From contig CAYXWU010000001.1 of assembly GCA_964468885.1 (NCBI GenBank), positions 1 to 60,880 on the forward strand: 60,880 nucleotides of DNA. The letters are read 5' to 3'. Source of the stretch: an uncultured Aquiluna sp. GTDB taxonomy: Bacteria; Actinomycetota; Actinomycetes; Actinomycetales; Microbacteriaceae. Shown here piece by piece: positions 11,606-20,552 of this stretch. The translations under genes were made by a program, and so were the position numbers. The notes beneath the pieces were generated by a model. It saw only the letters and a list, made by a program, of their open reading frames with translations. It made no database searches and was not told the origin of the DNA. How positions within the stretch are numbered: the first letter of the stretch is position 1; the number at the start of each line of letters is the position of its first letter.

Positions 11606-13573
11606 CTAGTCGTCAGCTCCAGCGCCAATTCTGGTCTTGATGGTGTCCATCACAGTCGTGTCGGCGAGTGTAGTGACATCACCAATGGGTCTGTCTTCTG
11701 CCACGTCTCTGAGCAGCCTGCGCATGATTTTGCCAGAGCGAGTCTTGGGAAGTTCGCTGACGACAAATATCGTTCTGGGTTTAGCAATCGGTCCAATCAT
11801 TTTGGCAACATGCTCACGCAGCTCTTTGCTGACATCGGCCTCGGTGCCTGTGTGATCGAGCTGGCTGCGGCGCAAAATAACGAACGCGACCACCGCTTGG
11901 CCGGTGGTTTCATCACTTGCTCCAACCACGGCTGCTTCTGCCACAAACGGGTGAGCAACCAGTGCAGATTCGATTTCAGTTGTTGATAGGCGGTGACCAG
12001 AGACGTTCATGACATCGTCCACTCGGCCCAGAAGCCATAAGTCCCCATCATCGTCGAGCTTGGCGCCGTCGCCTGCAAAGTAACGACCTGGGAAGCGAGA
12101 CCAATAGGTTTCCCTAAAGCGCTCTGGGTCTCCCCATATTCCGCGCAGCATCGAAGGCCAGGGTTGGTTGATTGTTAGATAGCCACCATGGCCATTCCCA
12201 ACCTCTTTGCCGTCATCATCAACAATGCTGGCGTTTATGCCAGGAAGCGGCTTCATCGCACTTCCTGGTTTGGTTGCTGTGATTCCTGGCAGTGGGGAGA
12301 TCATGATTGCTCCGGTTTCGGTTTGCCACCAAGTATCAACAATTGGGGCCTTGCCTGAGCCAATCACATCGCGATACCACATCCACGCTTCTGGATTAAT
12401 TGGCTCTCCAACCGAACCAAGCAAACGGATCGATGAAAGGTCATAATGGCTGACCACTTTGCTGCCAAGTTTCATGAAAGATCTGATGGCGGTAGGGGCA
12501 GTGTAGAAAATGTTTACGTGATACTTCTGGATGATGTCCCACCATCTGCCCCAGTCGGGGGTGTCAGGAGTTCCCTCATAAATAACCTGGGTGGCTCCAT
12601 TAGCTAATGGACCATACACGACATAGCTGTGGCCAGTAATCCAACCGACATCGGCCGTGCACCAATAAACATCCTGTGCCTCGTGCAGATCAAAGACATG
12701 CTTGTGGGTGAAGGAAGCTTGCGTTAGATAGCCACCGGTGGTGTGAAGAATTCCCTTGGGCTTTCCGGTAGAGCCTGAGGTGTAGAGAATGAAAAGCGGG
12801 TGCTCCGCATTGAAGCCAATGGCTTGGTGTTCTTTGTCAACCAGCGCCATTTCTTCTTCCCACCAGAAGTCGCGACTTTCATCCCAAGCAATATCGTTAC
12901 CGCAGCGCTTGACCACCAAAACTTTTTCAACAGTTGGACAACGGTCGTTAGCTAAGGCTTCGTCAACAGCAGGTTTCAGTGGCAGAGCCTTTCCTTTGCG
13001 GTAGCCGCCATCTGCTGTAATAACGAGCTTGGCTCCAGCATCTTGAATTCGGTCAGCGAGCGAATCAGCAGAAAATCCGCCAAACACAACTGAGTGAACT
13101 GCTCCGATTCTTGCAACGGCCTGCATAGCAATGACTGCTTCGGGGATGTGCGGCATATAAATGGCAACCCTGTCACCAGCTTTGATGCCGAGCTTGATTA
13201 GAAGATTGGCGGCTTTCTTAACTTCTGTCAGTAAATCAAGGTAGGTGTAGGTTTTGCTGTCACCTGGCTCACCTTCAAAAAACAGCGCGATGCGTTTTCC
13301 CCAACCAGCTTCGACGTGGCGATCCAGGCAGTTATAGCTGACATTGAGCTCGCCATCTTCAAACCATCTGGCGAAGGGGGCATCAGAAAAATCGAGCGTT
13401 TTTGTAAAGGGCTTGTGCCAATGCAGCTCTCGTGCCTGTTTAGCCCAGAAGGCCTTCCAGTCGACTGCCTCTTCATAGAGCTCGGGTTGGGCAATCGCTG
13501 CCGCGGTAAAGGCCTCGGAAGGGGGGAATCGGCGGTCTTCCGAAAGCAGGTTTTCAATCTCAGGTTTTGACAT
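11606..13573 (-). CDS. acs: Acetyl-CoA synthetase
   Basis: YTSGSTGKPKG, DTWWQTETG, LPKTRSGKIMRR; start moved to ATG 13573 (MSKPEIENLL). Confidence 0.96.
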   Translation of the reverse strand: MSKPEIENLLSEDRRFPPSEAFTAAAIAQPELYEEAVDWKAFWAKQARELHWHKPFTKTLDFSDAPFARWFEDGELNVSYNCLDRHVEAGWGKRIALFFEGEPGDSKTYTYLDLLTEVKKAANLLIKLGIKAGDRVAIYMPHIPEAVIAMQAVARIGAVHSVVFGGFSADSLADRIQDAGAKLVITADGGYRKGKALPLKPAVDEALANDRCPTVEKVLVVKRCGNDIAWDESRDFWWEEEMALVDKEHQAIGFNAEHPLFILYTSGSTGKPKGILHTTGGYLTQASFTHKHVFDLHEAQDVYWCTADVGWITGHSYVVYGPLANGATQVIYEGTPDTPDWGRWWDIIQKYHVNIFYTAPTAIRSFMKLGSKVVSHYDLSSIRLLGSVGEPINPEAWMWYRDVIGSGKAPIVDTWWQTETGAIMISPLPGITATKPGSAMKPLPGINASIVDDDGKEVGNGHGGYLTINQPWPSMLRGIWGDPERFRETYWSRFPGRYFAGDGAKLDDDGDLWLLGRVDDVMNVSGHRLSTTEIESALVAHPFVAEAAVVGASDETTGQAVVAFVILRRSQLDHTGTEADVSKELREHVAKMIGPIAKPRTIFVVSELPKTRSGKIMRRLLRDVAEDRPIGDVTTLADTTVMDTIKTRIGAGADD

Positions 13574-13685
13574 CTTTGTCCTTACTGTGCCCAATCCTGC
13601 CAGATTCCAACCCTTCAAGCAGACTGAGAATTTGTGAAAGTCCCCCAAATGGGGAACAAAAACTTCCTTTTTGTGCTTATTCTGA

Positions 13686-13783
13686 ACTAGCTGATTTAGG
13701 TCAGTTCTACCGGGGGACATCCCCCCATTTTGACCCCGGTGGCAGGCGGTAGCTTTCCCCCAAAGCTACCGCCCCTTCTTTTT
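13686..13783 (+). ncRNA. 6C RNA
   Basis: Two GC stems with C-rich loops: TACCGGGG/CCCCGGTG around CCCCCC (13721-13726) and perfect 12-bp GGCGGTAGCTTT/AAAGCTACCGCC around CCCCC, then T run; TATTCT -10 upstream; sits upstream of the Tad locus like mycobacterial B11/6C; 5' end approximate. Confidence 0.85.
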
Positions 13784-13838
13784 CCACAGTTTTCTTCTGT
13801 CGTCAATTATTTGTTTTTCACTTCGGCAAGCTCTGGCC

Positions 13839-14732
13839 ATGAACATCCCAGACTGGCTAGAACCATTCACTCAAATTCGTGGCGTGAAGGATGTCTTACT
13901 GTTTGGTGACCAGTGTCTGGTTGATTGCGGATATGGACTTCAGCCAGTTAGGTCACCCTTTTCTTCTTCAGAAAATCTGGAACAAGCTATTCGTCAGTTG
14001 GCATTTGATGCCGGCGCTCGCCTTGATATTGCATCCCCCATGTTGGATCTCTCAATTGGTCACACTCGACTACACATGCTTTTGCCACATGGAATCTGCT
14101 CTCAGGCAAGTTTGAGTATGCGAGTGCACTCATCTGAATTCTCTTCTCTCGAATCTTTAGTTGCTAGCGGCATGCTCACCACTGAGCAAGCACGGTTCTT
14201 AGAGTCTGCTGTTAAGCAAAAGAAAACTATCGTGATATCAGGCCCAACATCCAGCGGCAAGACCACCTTGCTTAGAGCTTTGATTGGAAAGCTAATAGAG
14301 CGCATCATCACTATTGAGCAAGTGCCAGAGCTGTTTCTAGATTTTCCAGCGATAGCTCTAACTGCAAGAGAAAACAATCAAGAAGGTGTTGGCGAAATAA
14401 CACTTAGTCAACTGGTTGTTCAGTCGTTACGCATGCGACCAGATCGCGTAGTAGTTGGTGAGGTGAGAAAAGACGAGCTGATTGCATTTTTGCAAGCTGT
14501 CAGTAATGGGCACCCAGGGTCACTAACAACTTTGCACGCCACTTCGCTGGAGCAAATTCCACAGCGGCTAACCATTCTTGGACTACTTGGTGGATTCTCT
14601 AAAGAACTAACACACCACCTTGCTAGCTCAATTGACGTGTTTATTCAGCTTGAGCGCACACCAGCTCGAAAAGTAGCGGCAATAGCCACCTCCATTTTCG
14701 AGCAGGACCAACTGAAGCTGGTGAGAATCTAA
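13839..14732 (+). CDS. tadA: TadA/CpaF-family pilus ATPase (short)
   Basis: GPTSSGKTT, LRMRPDRVVVGEVR, GHPGSLTTLHA. Confidence 0.9.
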   Translation: MNIPDWLEPFTQIRGVKDVLLFGDQCLVDCGYGLQPVRSPFSSSENLEQAIRQLAFDAGARLDIASPMLDLSIGHTRLHMLLPHGICSQASLSMRVHSSEFSSLESLVASGMLTTEQARFLESAVKQKKTIVISGPTSSGKTTLLRALIGKLIERIITIEQVPELFLDFPAIALTARENNQEGVGEITLSQLVVQSLRMRPDRVVVGEVRKDELIAFLQAVSNGHPGSLTTLHATSLEQIPQRLTILGLLGGFSKELTHHLASSIDVFIQLERTPARKVAAIATSIFEQDQLKLVRI

Positions 14733-15445
14733 TGGACTTTAGATCTCTTTCCGCTTTGCTCGATGCCGGAGTTGACCTCAAGAGCTCTCTTAGCGAGCTT
14801 GATATCAGGGAGCTTCCCGGTGAGGTAGCGCTGGCAATTGAGCTGGGGGCTCCACTCAAGACACTTCTTATATCACTCTCCATTCAACAAGAAAGCAGCG
14901 AAAGAGCCAGGGCGGAACTAACCCAGGCCATGGCCATGCCAAGGGCAACCAAACGTTTGCTGCTGTGGTTGCCGCTGCTTACCTTGGCACTCACCTTCCT
15001 AACTGGCATCAGCACTCTGGATTCACTAGCTAATCCGCTAGTTGTGATTGCAATCCTGCTTGGTTCTGGATTGCTTTACCTGGGGCATCGGATCAGTAAG
15101 CGACTACTAAATTCCCTAGACGAGAGTTTCTCAATTGCCGATTTGCAGACGTTCTTAATTGCTATTGCTACCGGTCTCACTACCGGCCAGATTGCAAAGC
15201 GTTTTCCTGAGCTACTGGAAAGCCCACGTGTTAGGGCTCTGATTGCTCTCACTAACCGAACTGGAGCTGCACTCAGCAAGTTAGTGAGCAGCGAAATTGA
15301 AAACTCTCTGCACCGTCAACTTTCTCAAAAAATTGAGATGGCAAGAATTCTTTCCGTTCGACTTCTGATTCCACTGGGACTGACAACACTTCCCGCATTC
15401 ATGCTTTTCACCATCCCACCAACTCTGGTGGGACTAACCAACTAA
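14732..15445 (+). CDS. T2SSF-family Tad platform protein (TadB/TadC-like)
   Basis: PRATKRLLLWLP and C-terminal VRLLIPLGLTTLPAF segments; between TadA and pilin. Confidence 0.8.
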   Translation: MDFRSLSALLDAGVDLKSSLSELDIRELPGEVALAIELGAPLKTLLISLSIQQESSERARAELTQAMAMPRATKRLLLWLPLLTLALTFLTGISTLDSLANPLVVIAILLGSGLLYLGHRISKRLLNSLDESFSIADLQTFLIAIATGLTTGQIAKRFPELLESPRVRALIALTNRTGAALSKLVSSEIENSLHRQLSQKIEMARILSVRLLIPLGLTTLPAFMLFTIPPTLVGLTN

Positions 15446-15457
15446 GAAAGGAGAAAA

Positions 15458-15619
15458 ATGAAAACACTGATCAGCGAAAGAGGTGCCATAACAGCTGAGT
15501 ATGCAATTGCAACTTTGGCTGGAGTTGCCTTCGCCGGCCTAATGCTGCTAATCATGCGCAGCGAAGAAGTCAGACAGTTGCTATTTGGTCTGGTGGCGAG
15601 AGCTCTTGGCATTTCGTAG
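15458..15619 (+). CDS. Flp-type pilin, DUF4244 family (53 aa)
   Basis: MKTLISERG/AITAEYAIATLAGVAFAG...; class III signal G|xxxxEY; strong AAAGGAG SD; below ORF-track cutoff. Confidence 0.9.
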   Translation: MKTLISERGAITAEYAIATLAGVAFAGLMLLIMRSEEVRQLLFGLVARALGIS

Positions 15620-15896
15620 TGATAAAGGAGCGGTCACCGCTGAGTTCATGCTGGTAATGCCAGCCATGATCTTGGCGGTGACTTTGCTGCTTGGTCTTTT
15701 TCCGCTGGCACTAGCTGGCATAAAACTCGAACTAACGGCTATGCAGATCGCGAGACTTCACTCCCTTGGTGAGACAGTTTCTCCACCTGCTGGTTACGAA
15801 CTTGAAACATATAGCGAGGGGCGCTATGAGTGCTTGGTTTTAAAATCGCCGATACTGATTTTGGAGAGTGAATATTGCGCAATGACACTGGGTTAG
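15585..15896 (+). CDS. TadE-like minor pilin (start uncertain)
   Basis: DKG/AVTAEF...P class III signal followed by hydrophobic helix. Confidence 0.8.
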   Translation: MVWWRELLAFRSDKGAVTAEFMLVMPAMILAVTLLLGLFPLALAGIKLELTAMQIARLHSLGETVSPPAGYELETYSEGRYECLVLKSPILILESEYCAMTLG

Positions 15897-16219
15897 AGCG
15901 CGGATCGGCGGCAACAATTTTGATCTTGTTTGCGGGGATTGTTTCCTTTCTTGCTCTCGCGGTTGGTTTAGCGCTTGATATTTCGCGCCAGCAAGCCAGG
16001 GTTCAGCTGATTGCTGACCTAGCGGCTCTGACCGGATCGGACAGTCGAATCGGCATAATTGCTGGCTATCCCTGCCCAAATGCGGCAGAAATTGCGCGGG
16101 TGAATGGCGCAAACCTAGATTCCTGCCGTATTGTCGGTGGGGTTGTCAGCGTAAGCGCTGGTAAGAATTACTTAGGGCTGTCTCTATCTGCGAAGGCGGA
16201 GGCCGCCCAAACGGATTAG
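15875..16219 (+). CDS. Rv3654c-family TadE-like minor pilin
   Basis: ERG/SAAT, ADLAAL, CxxAxxIAxxNGAxLxSC. Confidence 0.85.
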   Translation: MRNDTGLERGSAATILILFAGIVSFLALAVGLALDISRQQARVQLIADLAALTGSDSRIGIIAGYPCPNAAEIARVNGANLDSCRIVGGVVSVSAGKNYLGLSLSAKAEAAQTD

Positions 16220-16228
16220 GGGTAGTAC

Positions 16229-18799
16229 TTGGGTAAGAAACTGGTGATTGTTGAGTCGCCTGCCAAGGCCAAGACAATAGCCAAATACTTAGGCGATGAC
16301 TTTTCAGTCATGGCGTCGGTTGGTCACATCCGCGATCTAGCGGAAGCTAAGGAAATCCCTGCCGAACAAAAGAAGGCCAGCCCTTCTCTTGCCAAGTTCT
16401 CAATTGACGTTGAAAACGACTTCACACCTTTTTATGTCATCTCAGCTGGCAAGAACAAAACTGTGGCAGAGCTAAAGCAAGCACTTAAGACCTGCGATGA
16501 GCTATATCTGGCAACAGATGAGGATCGCGAGGGAGAGGCCATTGCATGGCATCTACTTCAGGTTCTAAAGCCGAAGGTTCCTGTTCGTCGAATGGTTTTC
16601 AACGAAATCACCGCCAAGGCGATTGCCGAGGCCAAGGAAAATACCCGCGAGCTGGATGACAACCTAATCCAGGCTCAGGAAACAAGGCGTGTACTTGACC
16701 GCCTGGTTGGTTATGAAATTTCCCCTGTTTTATGGCGAAAGATTAATCGCGGCCTTTCAGCTGGTCGAGTGCAGTCGCCTGCCATGCGAATGATTGTTGA
16801 GCGGGAGCGCGAACGAATGGCATTCGTTGCCGCTAACTACTCCTCGGTTGTCGCAACATGCGAATTCGATTCAATCGCCTTTGATGCGAAACTTTTGTCA
16901 ATTGATGGAAAGCGCATTGCGGTTTCTAAGAGCTTCGACGAAAAAGGAAAACTAACCGCTGATGTTGTTGTTCTAGACACTGAAGCCGCCGAGAAGATTG
17001 CATCAGATGTCAACGGCAAAACTTTGAAGGTTGTTTCGGTTGAGTCAAAGCCAAACTCTAGAAAGCCCTACGCGCCTTTCACAACCTCCACTTTGCAGCA
17101 GGAAGCTTCTAGAAAACTAGGGCTTAGTGCCAAGATGACGATGGACATCGCTCAGCAGCTTTATCAAGGTGGTTACATCACCTACATGAGAACTGACTCA
17201 CCAAATCTTTCTCAGCAGGCAATTGCTGCAGCGAGAAAGCAAGCAACCGAATTATTTGGGAAAGAACTTGTGGCTGATGAGCCGAGAGTTTATGCCGCAA
17301 AATCAAAAAATGCGCAAGAAGCTCATGAAGCAATTCGCCCAGCTGGTGATGTTTTCCAAACTCCAACCGAGTTAGCATCAGTCCTACTTGGAAAATCTCA
17401 CGCTTTATATGATCTGATTTGGCGCAGAACTCTTGCTTCACAGATGGCCGATGCGAAGCTCTCGACCACCACGGCCAAGCTCGAGGTAAAGGCGCAAGCA
17501 GGACTGCTGGAATTCACAGCCAGTGGAACGGTAGTCAACTACAAGGGATTTCTGGCGGTTTATGACGAGACCAAGGATGAAGAGGACGAGGAGTCCGGCA
17601 AACTACCAAGCCTGAGCGAGGGCGCCAGCGTTGATATAAAGGAATCAATTGCCAAGAGCCACCAAACTCAGCCCCCTGCTCGTTACACCGAAGCTTCGTT
17701 GGTAAAGGCCTTGGAAGAAAAGGGGATTGGCCGACCCTCCACCTATGCCTCCATCATCTCCACAATCATTGGCAAGGGCTATGTAGTCAAGCAGGGTAGT
17801 GCCCTGGTGCCAGAGTGGATTGCCTTCACTATCACCCGATTTTTGGAAGAAAACTTTGACCACCTAGTGGACTACGAGTTCACCGCCAAGATGGAAGAAG
17901 ACCTAGACCGCATAGCACTGGGTGAACTTGATCGCACTAGCTGGCTAAAAGACTTCTACTTCGGATCTGATGGACTAAGAGCCACCGTTGAATCACTTTC
18001 AGACTCAGACCCAAGAGCAATCAACAGCTTTGATCTGGGAGAGGGCATCACGCTTCGAACCGGTAAGTATGGTGCTTACCTTGAAATTGGAAGCGGTGAA
18101 GAGCGTCGCATCGTAAACATTCCAATTGGTCTTACACCCGATCAGCTCACCACAGAAAAAGCGGTTGAACTAGTAAACGCTCCCGAAATTAAGGACAGAG
18201 TGCTTGGACCAGATCCAGATACTGGTTTTGACATTGTTGTTAAAAATGGTCGCTATGGTCCTTACGTCGCAATCGCAGACGAAGGCGCAGAGAAACCAAA
18301 GACAGCAAGCTTATTCAAGTCAATGTCACCAGAGACTGTTACATACGAAGAAGCTCTAAAGCTGCTTGCTCTTCCACGTGAAGTAGGAATCGATCCTGAA
18401 ACTCAAGTGATGATCACAGCCCAAAACGGCAAGTTTGGTCCTTATCTAAAGCGCGGAGCAGATTCTAGATCGCTTGAGCGGGAAGAGCAGATTCTTGAAA
18501 TTACGCTGGATGAAGCTGTTGAAATTTATAAGCAACCAAAGACCCGTGGCCGCCGCACAGCAGCGACTCCGCTGAAGGAGTTTGGCGAAGACCCAGCCTC
18601 CCAGCTAAAGGTTGTTGCAAAGACTGGTCAGTTTGGTCCTTATGTCACAGACGGTGTTATCAATGCCACCATTCCGAAGGAAGAAACAATTGAAGAGCTC
18701 TCGTCAGATCGAGCATTTGAGCTGCTGGCTATCCGACGTGAGAAACTAGGAGTGGAGCCAGGCGAAGCACCAAAAACCGCCAAGAAGAAAAAGCGCTGA
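16229..18799 (+). CDS. topA: DNA topoisomerase I
   Basis: LVIVESPAKAKTI, DxDREGE, ITYMRTD, actinobacterial C-terminal GxYGPY repeats and Lys-rich tail. Confidence 0.98.
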   Translation: MGKKLVIVESPAKAKTIAKYLGDDFSVMASVGHIRDLAEAKEIPAEQKKASPSLAKFSIDVENDFTPFYVISAGKNKTVAELKQALKTCDELYLATDEDREGEAIAWHLLQVLKPKVPVRRMVFNEITAKAIAEAKENTRELDDNLIQAQETRRVLDRLVGYEISPVLWRKINRGLSAGRVQSPAMRMIVERERERMAFVAANYSSVVATCEFDSIAFDAKLLSIDGKRIAVSKSFDEKGKLTADVVVLDTEAAEKIASDVNGKTLKVVSVESKPNSRKPYAPFTTSTLQQEASRKLGLSAKMTMDIAQQLYQGGYITYMRTDSPNLSQQAIAAARKQATELFGKELVADEPRVYAAKSKNAQEAHEAIRPAGDVFQTPTELASVLLGKSHALYDLIWRRTLASQMADAKLSTTTAKLEVKAQAGLLEFTASGTVVNYKGFLAVYDETKDEEDEESGKLPSLSEGASVDIKESIAKSHQTQPPARYTEASLVKALEEKGIGRPSTYASIISTIIGKGYVVKQGSALVPEWIAFTITRFLEENFDHLVDYEFTAKMEEDLDRIALGELDRTSWLKDFYFGSDGLRATVESLSDSDPRAINSFDLGEGITLRTGKYGAYLEIGSGEERRIVNIPIGLTPDQLTTEKAVELVNAPEIKDRVLGPDPDTGFDIVVKNGRYGPYVAIADEGAEKPKTASLFKSMSPETVTYEEALKLLALPREVGIDPETQVMITAQNGKFGPYLKRGADSRSLEREEQILEITLDEAVEIYKQPKTRGRRTAATPLKEFGEDPASQLKVVAKTGQFGPYVTDGVINATIPKEETIEELSSDRAFELLAIRREKLGVEPGEAPKTAKKKKR

Positions 18800-19407
18800 T
18801 GTTTATTACCTTTGAGGGAATCGATGGGGTTGGTAAATCCACCCAATTAGATATGCTCGAACGCTACTTGGTGGACTTGGGTAAGAAAGTACTTCGCACT
18901 TTAGAGCCTGGTGGAACCGAACTTGGTCAGGAAATCAGACATTTGCTTCTACACCGCAAGGGCGATGTCTCGGCTAGATCTGAGGCACTTCTATATGCAG
19001 CCGATCGCGCTCATCACGTTGCCACCAAGATCAAGCCTGCTCTTGAAGCTGGCATGGTGGTGCTGTCCGATCGCTACTTTGACTCATCTGTCGCCTATCA
19101 GGGTGCTGCGCGAGAGCTGAACGTTGATGAGGTTCGGAACATCTCCCTTTGGGCAATCGACAACCTGCTGCCTGACCTCACGGTCTTGCTCGACTTGCCG
19201 GCTGACGAGGCAATGAAGAGACGTGGCAACAAAGGAACTGAACCTGATCGACTTGAGCGGGAACAGGTTGAGTTTTTTGAAAGAGCCCGCAACGAATACC
19301 TAAAGATGGCCAAAGAAGACAGATTCTTGGTCGTTGATGCGAGTGATTCACCAGAGCAAATTCACCAGCAAGTTATTGGCAGGGTTAGTGCCCTGTTAGC
19401 AAAGTGA
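18799..19407 (+). CDS. tmk: Thymidylate kinase
   Basis: FITFEGIDGVGKST, DRYFDSSVAYQG. Confidence 0.96.
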   Translation: MFITFEGIDGVGKSTQLDMLERYLVDLGKKVLRTLEPGGTELGQEIRHLLLHRKGDVSARSEALLYAADRAHHVATKIKPALEAGMVVLSDRYFDSSVAYQGAARELNVDEVRNISLWAIDNLLPDLTVLLDLPADEAMKRRGNKGTEPDRLEREQVEFFERARNEYLKMAKEDRFLVVDASDSPEQIHQQVIGRVSALLAK

Positions 19408-20552
19408 AAGTCTGGCAAGAGCTGCTTGGGCAGCCCGAGGCAATTGATCAGCTAAGGCGAGTAGTCGAAGACAAAAGTTCCGGCTTTCAGCATTCCTGGC
19501 TTTTCACAGGCCCTGCAGGATCAGGACGCTCCACTTTGGCAAGAGCATTTGCTGCTGCGTTGCAGTGTGAAAAGAATGGTTGTGGCGAGTGCACCAGTTG
19601 CAAACTAATTGCTGCCGATGCTCATCCGGATGTGAGGATGCTGGCCACTGACAAAGTTATTATCTCGATTGAAGAAGTCAGACAAATGGTTCAGTTTGCA
19701 GCTCTGAGTTCTTCTTTGGGGGAGTACCGAATAGTAATTATTGAAGATTCAGATCGAATGACCGAGCGAACCTCCAACGTCTTGCTGAAAGCACTCGAGG
19801 AGCCGCAACCTAAAACAGTATGGATTTTGTGTGCTCCATCGGCTGCAGACATGCTGCCAACCATTCGCTCTCGCACAAGAAATGTTGTTTTGAGGCTACC
19901 TTCAACCGAAGAAGTTTCTCAACTTCTAATGCAGCGCGATGGCGTGAAGGAAGAGCTTGCCCTGGCCAGCAGCCGACAGGCTCAGCAGCACGTTGGGATG
20001 GCTAGGAGACTAGCGCTAAGCGCTGATGCAAGAAAGCGCCGCATGGACACCTTGCGAGAAATCATCGGTATTAAGAATCTTTCTGGTGCCATGGCTACTG
20101 CCGAGCGACTTTTGGGTTTTGCGAAGAAGGACGCCGAATCAAGCAGCGAAGAAAAGAACCAGCAGGAGCGCAGCAAACTACTGGCAGCCTATGGAATTGA
20201 AGACGAAAAGATTCCAGCAAATCTCCGCAGTGAGTTTCGCCAATTAGAAGAAAACCAAAAAAGAAGAAACACCAGGGCTCTGCGGGATGGGATTGACCGA
20301 ATCTTCACAGACATGGAGAGCCTATTTAGAGACATTCTCAGTCTGCAGTTGGGGACCAATTCACCACTTATCAACCAGGAGCTAGCAGAAGAAATCCAAC
20401 TTCGAGCCAACTCCACTTCAGCTGAGAATTCGATAGGAGTACTGGAAGCTATTTCAACAGCCAGATCTAGAATTGATGCAAACGTGCGAGACTTAGTAGT
20501 ACTTGAGTCACTTTGCACCAAGCTAATCGTCAGGAGTTCCGTTGCGGCTTAG
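19404..20552 (+). CDS. holB: DNA polymerase III subunit delta'
   Basis: HSWLFTGPAGSGRS, Cys cluster, HPDV, LLKALEEP; follows tmk. Confidence 0.93.
   Translation: MKVWQELLGQPEAIDQLRRVVEDKSSGFQHSWLFTGPAGSGRSTLARAFAAALQCEKNGCGECTSCKLIAADAHPDVRMLATDKVIISIEEVRQMVQFAALSSSLGEYRIVIIEDSDRMTERTSNVLLKALEEPQPKTVWILCAPSAADMLPTIRSRTRNVVLRLPSTEEVSQLLMQRDGVKEELALASSRQAQQHVGMARRLALSADARKRRMDTLREIIGIKNLSGAMATAERLLGFAKKDAESSSEEKNQQERSKLLAAYGIEDEKIPANLRSEFRQLEENQKRRNTRALRDGIDRIFTDMESLFRDILSLQLGTNSPLINQELAEEIQLRANSTSAENSIGVLEAISTARSRIDANVRDLVVLESLCTKLIVRSSVAA

Noticed and set aside
13574-13720. N-terminal extension of acs in the ORF track
   Set aside because: Runs antisense through the 6C RNA and promoter region; Acs similarity starts at 13573.
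13574-13838. Ms1 RNA, which lies near this locus in mycobacteria
   Set aside because: The space is accounted for by promoters and a short two-C-loop RNA; too little room for a roughly 300-nt Ms1.
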